DNA of 64,000 nucleotides from NCBI GenBank assembly GCA_964521865.1, contig CAZFTJ010000016.1, positions 20,302 through 84,301 of the forward strand. Direction: 5' to 3'. The translations under genes and the position numbers were made by a program. Below, piece by piece: positions 58,671-64,000 of this stretch (its first letter is position 1; each line of letters begins with the position of its first letter). Origin of the DNA: an uncultured Spirochaetota bacterium (lineage in GTDB: Bacteria; Spirochaetota; B62-G9; DRHN01). The notes under the pieces were generated by a model. It was not told the origin of the DNA and searched no databases. It saw only the letters and a list, made by a program, of their open reading frames with translations.

Positions 58671-60230
58671 ATGAAAACCGAATATGTGCTCGCTCATGAT
58701 CTCGGAACATCGGGAAACAAGGCGACGCTGTTCGATTCCGAGGGAAGACTCGTTGCAAGCAGCTTTACCGGATACGATACTGTGTACCCTCATCCGGGGT
58801 GGGCGGAGCAGAAGCAGGGCGACTGGTGGGATGCAGTAAAAGCATCGACAGTCGGTCTTTTAAAAGAGGTGCCGAATGCGTACAGCAGCATTGCAGCCAT
58901 AAGTTTCAGCGGACATATGATGTGCTGCTCGCCCATAGACGAAGAAGGGTCCCCGCTCTGCAATGCAATCATCTGGAGCGACCAGAGGGCGGATAAACAG
59001 CGGGACAGGCTGTCGCAGACAGTGGGCGATGAAACGGCGTACAGGGTTACAGGGACGGTTTTTGTTGCAAACTATTTGGCCGCAAAAGTATTGTGGCTGC
59101 AGGACAACCGCCCGGACGTGTATAAAAAGGCCTATAAATTCCTCCAGCCCAAGGATTACATCGCATACCTCCTAACGGGGGAATTCGTTACCGACTACTC
59201 CGATGCATCCGGTACGAATCTGTTCGATATACAAAAAAAGGCGTGGAGCAGAGAAATAATTTCAAGCAGCGGGATCGATCCATCGAAGCTTCCGGAGGCG
59301 CTGCCCTCGACGCGGATTGCAGGGAAACTCATAAAATCGGCGGCTGAACAGCTCGGGCTTCCTGCCGGAATACCGGTTGTAATCGGAGGAGGCGACGGTC
59401 CCTGTGCAACCGCCGGCGCCGGAGCTTCAAAGGCGGGTGATTGCTATACCATATACGGCACCTCGGCCTGGACGTCTGTAACAACCGACGCACCTCTGTA
59501 TGATCCGTTGCAAAGGACGTTCATTTTGAATCACCTCGATGAAAATCTTTACATGGGTGTCGGTGCCATGCAGTCTGCAGGCGGGAGCTTCGAATGGCTG
59601 AACGGGTGGATCGGCAATACCGAGGGCTCGCTTGGAAAAAGCATAGGTTTGTCGCCCTATGATATTCTCTCACTGGAAGCGGAACAATCACAACCGGGGT
59701 CGAATGGGGTGCTGTTTCTCCCCTATTTGATGGGAGAGAGGAGCCCGTACTGGGACAGCGAGGTCAAGGGAGCTTTTCTCGGATTGACGCGCGTTGCGGG
59801 AAGACATCAAATCATCCGATCGGTTCTTGAAGGGGCGGTGTATCATCTAAAGATAATTCTCGATATATTGGAGGAGAACGGAAGCAGAGTCGATGAGGTT
59901 CGATTGATAGGCGGCGGCGGGAGGAACAGGTTTCTCAGAAAACTCATGGCCGATATCTGGGGGAAACCGGTTGTCGAAATGGAGTATATGGAGGAGGCAA
60001 CCTCCCTCGGTGCCGCGATTGCCGGTTTTGTGGGCGTCGGGATTAAAAAGTGTATTGGCGAAGCCGAATCGATGATACGGAAAAAAAGTGTCGTGAATCC
60101 GGATGAGAAGAATACCGAGCGGTACGGAAAAATGTATGAAATTTTCAAAAAGTCCTACGTGGCACTAAAACCTGTTCACCATAAACTTCATATACTTATG
60201 AACGAACTACGCCGAGCAAGGGAGGAATGA
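58671..60230 (+). CDS. FGGY carbohydrate kinase (xylulokinase-like)
   Basis: HDLGTSGNK, SFSGHM, WSDQRA, TDYSDASGT, LPYLMGERSP, GGGG. Confidence 0.92.
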   Translation: MKTEYVLAHDLGTSGNKATLFDSEGRLVASSFTGYDTVYPHPGWAEQKQGDWWDAVKASTVGLLKEVPNAYSSIAAISFSGHMMCCSPIDEEGSPLCNAIIWSDQRADKQRDRLSQTVGDETAYRVTGTVFVANYLAAKVLWLQDNRPDVYKKAYKFLQPKDYIAYLLTGEFVTDYSDASGTNLFDIQKKAWSREIISSSGIDPSKLPEALPSTRIAGKLIKSAAEQLGLPAGIPVVIGGGDGPCATAGAGASKAGDCYTIYGTSAWTSVTTDAPLYDPLQRTFILNHLDENLYMGVGAMQSAGGSFEWLNGWIGNTEGSLGKSIGLSPYDILSLEAEQSQPGSNGVLFLPYLMGERSPYWDSEVKGAFLGLTRVAGRHQIIRSVLEGAVYHLKIILDILEENGSRVDEVRLIGGGGRNRFLRKLMADIWGKPVVEMEYMEEATSLGAAIAGFVGVGIKKCIGEAESMIRKKSVVNPDEKNTERYGKMYEIFKKSYVALKPVHHKLHILMNELRRAREE

Positions 60231-60234
60231 GAGC

Positions 60235-61179
60235 ATGAAAGCGAAAAAACTTGGATGGACGGACCTTGAGCTCACGCGTATCGGACTTGGAACATTTGCC
60301 ATAGGAGGGCCCGACTGGCATGCAGGATGGGGCCCTCAGGATGACAACGATTCCATACAGACGATACGGCGCGCCGTCGAGCTGGGGATCAACTGGATAG
60401 ATACCGCTCCGGTATACGGGCTTGGAAAGTCAGAGGAAATTGTACGCGAAGCCCTCACCGGCGCGAAGAAAAAACCGATTATTGCGACGAAATGCGGACT
60501 GGTCTGGGACGATAAAAGAAATGTCAGCCACAGGTTAAAGCGGGAGAGTGTGCTGAGGGAAGTGGATGCGAGTTTGAAAAGGCTCGGAGTCGAGGTTATC
60601 GACCTGTATCAAATACACTGGCCGAATCCGGATGAAGATCTGGAAGAGGCCTGGTCTGCGATGTCTGACGCTGTGAAAGCGGGGAAGGTACGCTATATTG
60701 GCGTGAGCAACTGCAATGTCGGGCAGCTTGAACGTCTCGGAGGTATTCACCCTATTGCCTCTCTTCAGCCACCCTACAGTATGATACTTCGGGAGGTGGA
60801 GAAGGAAATTCTGCCGTACTGCGAAGCACATGACATAGGCGTTATTCCGTACAGCCCGATGCAGCGAGGCCTCCTGACAGGCAAATACACGCGGGAGAAC
60901 ATCGGGCAGCTCGACAAAAATGATCATCGACTGCGCGAGCCGTATTTTCAGGAGCCGGATCTGAGTGCACACCTCGCATTTATAGATCGGTTGCGGCCGA
61001 TTGCCGGGAGGAACGGGAAGTCTCTTGCACAACTGGCTATAGCGTGGGTCCTTCGGAGGCCGGAGGTTACTGCAGCGATTGTCGGCGCCCGGCGGCCCTC
61101 TCAAATTGAGGAAACTGTCGGTGCTGCCGACTGGGTGCTCGAACAGGAAGATATTCGTGAAATCGACTCTGCAAGATAG
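60235..61179 (+). CDS. Aldo/keto reductase
   Basis: IGLGTFAIGG, DTAPVYG, IATKCG, DLYQIHWP, YSPMQRGLLTGK. Confidence 0.93.
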   Translation: MKAKKLGWTDLELTRIGLGTFAIGGPDWHAGWGPQDDNDSIQTIRRAVELGINWIDTAPVYGLGKSEEIVREALTGAKKKPIIATKCGLVWDDKRNVSHRLKRESVLREVDASLKRLGVEVIDLYQIHWPNPDEDLEEAWSAMSDAVKAGKVRYIGVSNCNVGQLERLGGIHPIASLQPPYSMILREVEKEILPYCEAHDIGVIPYSPMQRGLLTGKYTRENIGQLDKNDHRLREPYFQEPDLSAHLAFIDRLRPIAGRNGKSLAQLAIAWVLRRPEVTAAIVGARRPSQIEETVGAADWVLEQEDIREIDSAR

Positions 61180-61298
61180 ATGTGAAGCCGACTGCAGAGT
61201 TTTCGAGTACGCCATGAGCGGTGAAGGCCTGAAAACGGTTGTCGAATTCGACAAAAACGACCTTTGTCCTGCGTGCATTCGCCGAAGGACTGTACACC

Positions 61299-62351
61299 AT
61301 GACCGAAAAACAAAGAATTAAAGCGTGTATAGAGCATAAAAAAACGGATAAAATCCCGTGGCAGATCGACTGTACCAGCCGTACCGCGCTCAGAGTCATG
61401 AAAGACCGCAATCTACCTGAAAAATCATACCCTGTTCTCGGGAAGAATGTCCTCCGGTACAGTGCCCTCGACGACTACTTCGGTAATCATATCTGCTATA
61501 TACGGAGCACCGCGGTGGATGAAGCGAAAGAGGTTAAACCGGGTTTCTGGGAGGACGAGTGGCGCGTGGTTTGGGACAGACGGATCGATATGGACATCGG
61601 CACTCCGACGAACCGCCCCCTTGAAAAAGCGGATATCCGCGGATTTTCATTCCCCGATCCTGATCAAAAGACGCGGTATCTGCACTTCGAACCACTGATC
61701 AAGGCAAACCCGGACAGATACGTTGTCGTTAAGCTGTCCAGGTGTCTTTTCGAGCGGGCGTGGTCTCTGAGGGGCATGACGCACCTCATGATGGATTTTA
61801 TAGAAAATTCTTCCTTTGTGCACGAGCTTTTTGAAGTCATAACCGATTTCAATATGAGACTGCTCGAGCGTGTGCTACGGTATCCTGTAGACGCGGTACG
61901 ATTCAGCGACGACTGGGGTGGACAGCTCGGGCTCCTCATGAGCCCGGATACGTGGAGAAGGTTCATCAAACCCTGCCTGAAACGGATGTACGACCTCACG
62001 CACGATAACGGGTGTGCGGTATTTATCCATACCTGCGGCGATGTGAGCGCCGTCCTTGACGACCTTATCGAAATCCGGGTAGATGTGTTCAATCCCTTTC
62101 AGCCCGAAGCGATGGACATCGAGTCGATCATGGAAACGTACGCAGGAAGACTCGCGTTTCACGGAGGGCTGAGCATTCAGAAGACCCTTCCCTTCGGGAG
62201 CCCGTACGAGGTGAAGCTGGAGGTGCTGCACCGACTGGAGCTTGCAAGACGATACGGCGCATACATCATAGCTCCGTCGCATGACTTGCCGCCTGACATC
62301 CCAACGGAAAATATCCGAACGATGAGGGATGCACTCGTCGGTCAGGGATAG
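61299..62351 (+). CDS. Uroporphyrinogen decarboxylase / MtaA-CmuA family protein
   Basis: LFERAWSLRGM..LMMD, SDDWGGQ..LLMSP, IHTCG, NPFQPE. Confidence 0.85.
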   Translation: MTEKQRIKACIEHKKTDKIPWQIDCTSRTALRVMKDRNLPEKSYPVLGKNVLRYSALDDYFGNHICYIRSTAVDEAKEVKPGFWEDEWRVVWDRRIDMDIGTPTNRPLEKADIRGFSFPDPDQKTRYLHFEPLIKANPDRYVVVKLSRCLFERAWSLRGMTHLMMDFIENSSFVHELFEVITDFNMRLLERVLRYPVDAVRFSDDWGGQLGLLMSPDTWRRFIKPCLKRMYDLTHDNGCAVFIHTCGDVSAVLDDLIEIRVDVFNPFQPEAMDIESIMETYAGRLAFHGGLSIQKTLPFGSPYEVKLEVLHRLELARRYGAYIIAPSHDLPPDIPTENIRTMRDALVGQG

Positions 62352-62409
62352 ACGGCTTTACAAAGAACGATATCCGCATTGAAGAGGATATATCTAATGA
62401 GGAGGGACT

Positions 62410-62940
62410 GTGGCGATAAATGATCATGATAATGTAAAGGATGATGCCGTCAGAGTCATGAAGGAGTATTTCGGCGACGAACGGTATATAAACCACACGT
62501 TGAAGGTACTCGATCATGCGGAGAGGATCCTCCACGGGGAGAAGATCGAGGGGGGTTTTCTGATATCGGTAGTTACCCTGTCGTGTATTTACCACGATAT
62601 AGGAATCCCGGAGTCGGTGAAAAAATATTCGTCGACGGGCGCCCGCTGCCAGGAGAAGGAAGGTCCGCCAGTGGCTCGCGAGCTGATGAAGAAGATCGGC
62701 GTGAGGCCTGATGTCCTTGAAAGGGTCTGTTTCATCGTCGGGGCCCACCACACGAAGGAGAAGGTGGACGGGATTGATTTTCAGATTGTCTGGGAGGCGG
62801 ATTTCATCGTCAACATCGACGAAAAAAACATCGTGTTGAAAAAGGATGATATTCAGAATGCACTCGAAGAAAACACGCTTACCGCCACAGGAAGAGGCCT
62901 GGCTTCCGAGGTTGTGAAACGCATGTATTCATCCGAATGA
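62410..62940 (+). CDS. HD-domain phosphohydrolase
   Basis: INHTLKV, YHDIG, GAHH, EADFIVN. Confidence 0.85.
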   Translation: MAINDHDNVKDDAVRVMKEYFGDERYINHTLKVLDHAERILHGEKIEGGFLISVVTLSCIYHDIGIPESVKKYSSTGARCQEKEGPPVARELMKKIGVRPDVLERVCFIVGAHHTKEKVDGIDFQIVWEADFIVNIDEKNIVLKKDDIQNALEENTLTATGRGLASEVVKRMYSSE

Positions 62941-63151
62941 CGCACCGCCGGAAGATCGTCCTGATCATCGCCCTGCATGTTTCTCCTGTTCATGCATTGT
63001 ACACGTTGTTCGTGTAATTTTTTCTTGACAGGAGGGAAGAGCAGTGATACAAGTAAGGCTAGTTCTAATTTTGTACGTACATTCTAACATACTGAAGTCA
63101 TTATAATTAATTGTGCGCGAGTCTCTGTACTACGCGGAACAGGGGTCGCTC

Positions 63152-64000
63152 ATGTATAAGACAAAAATCGTGTATTTCGGGACCAGAGGACAGGAGCTGA
63201 CGGGCTTTCACCTGGACAGTTTTGTGAAGCACGGTGCTCACTTTGTCGGATTCGTGGAGGCACCTCCCGGATCCATGTCGACCACACATAAAGTGAAGGA
63301 CTCCCATGACGGCATCGATGTTGTTGCCGCCCGTCTGAAGCTCCCTCTTTTATGCCCGGAAAGTCCGAAGGACCCTTCCTTCATTCGGGAGATCAGGAAG
63401 CTCGAACCTGATGTGATCATCGTCAACTGCTACCAGTTCTATCTGCCAAAAGAGCTGCTCGATATTCCCCCGCTGGGTACGATAAATTTTCATGCGTCTT
63501 TGCTGCCGCGGCACGCCGGTATGCACCCGAACTTCTGGGCCATCTGGTACGGAGACGGCGAAACAGGTATGGTGGTTCACTATCTGGATGAAGGGATAGA
63601 TACCGGTGATATTATATATGAGACGAGAGTACCGATTCTACCCGGCGACACCGTCAACGAGCTCTACCATCGCATTTTCAAAACCAGCATGCCCCTTGTG
63701 AAACGCCTGCTCGACGATCTCGATGCCCGTGTCCTTCCGCGAAGGCCGCAGGATCCGACGAAATACTTCTATAATTATGAAATCGAGGAGAAGGATTACG
63801 AGCTGGACTTCCGGCAGCCTGCCCGTGTTCTGTCGGGAAGAGTAATGATGGCTCCCGGTAAGTTCTTTTTCACATTGAACGGAGAAAAATATTTCGTAAA
63901 AGAGTGCTCGGTCATCGACGAGCATGTCAGCACGAGGAGATTTCGTACCGGAGTCCCGTTTGCCGTGAACAACAGGCTGACGTTCGTCACACCAAGGCTG
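63152..64000 (+). CDS. Formyltransferase (Fmt/ArnA-like), partial at the window end; absent from the ORF track
   Basis: MYKTKIVYFG...INFHASLLPRHAGMHP...HYLDEGIDTGDII, open to position 64000. Confidence 0.88.
   Translation, partial: MYKTKIVYFGTRGQELTGFHLDSFVKHGAHFVGFVEAPPGSMSTTHKVKDSHDGIDVVAARLKLPLLCPESPKDPSFIREIRKLEPDVIIVNCYQFYLPKELLDIPPLGTINFHASLLPRHAGMHPNFWAIWYGDGETGMVVHYLDEGIDTGDIIYETRVPILPGDTVNELYHRIFKTSMPLVKRLLDDLDARVLPRRPQDPTKYFYNYEIEEKDYELDFRQPARVLSGRVMMAPGKFFFTLNGEKYFVKECSVIDEHVSTRRFRTGVPFAVNNRLTFVTPRL

Overview
The window is a bacterial chromosome segment, probably from a Spirochaetota member. This assignment is an inference from the DUF2225-truA-TPR/Mrr block, the MAF/DUF115 gene and a spirochaete-style lipobox. 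1-21.3 kb is housekeeping DNA: tRNA-Lys/Glu, yicC-gmk-rpoZ-miaA, a bS22-like small ORF, folP-cdaA-cdaR, truA, dksA, UDG, priA, def-fmt, a PASTA protein and a sigma54 two-component system. 21.4-27.0 kb is a 5.6-kb insertion between identical 389-bp direct repeats. It carries an IS91-like remnant, an Rrf2-operator-controlled TauE module, a HEPN/MNT toxin-antitoxin pair and a probably inactive ISNCY element. Its junction splits a sigma54 promoter that precedes a DUF47-PiT-DUF47 phosphate transport operon. After purA and araBD, a visibly AT-rich block (about 38.5-49.6 kb) encodes TauE, a Pot-like ABC transporter, a sulfotransferase, a class III aminotransferase with an in-frame amber codon, an Fe-ADH and Sat. 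The strongest new signal is in this block. Two unannotated small ORFs (47924-48013 and 43415-43588) share the motif LW-x4-Y-x2-LTI[DN]WIESDPP, with mostly synonymous codon differences, and each lies directly upstream of a cluster gene. They are candidate ribosome-stalling leader peptides. The last 14 kb is a GntR-associated sugar/ketol catabolic region with a PDH-like E1beta-E2-E1alpha set and no E3. No CRISPR array, rRNA or integrase was seen. All family assignments come from motif recognition, not database searches.
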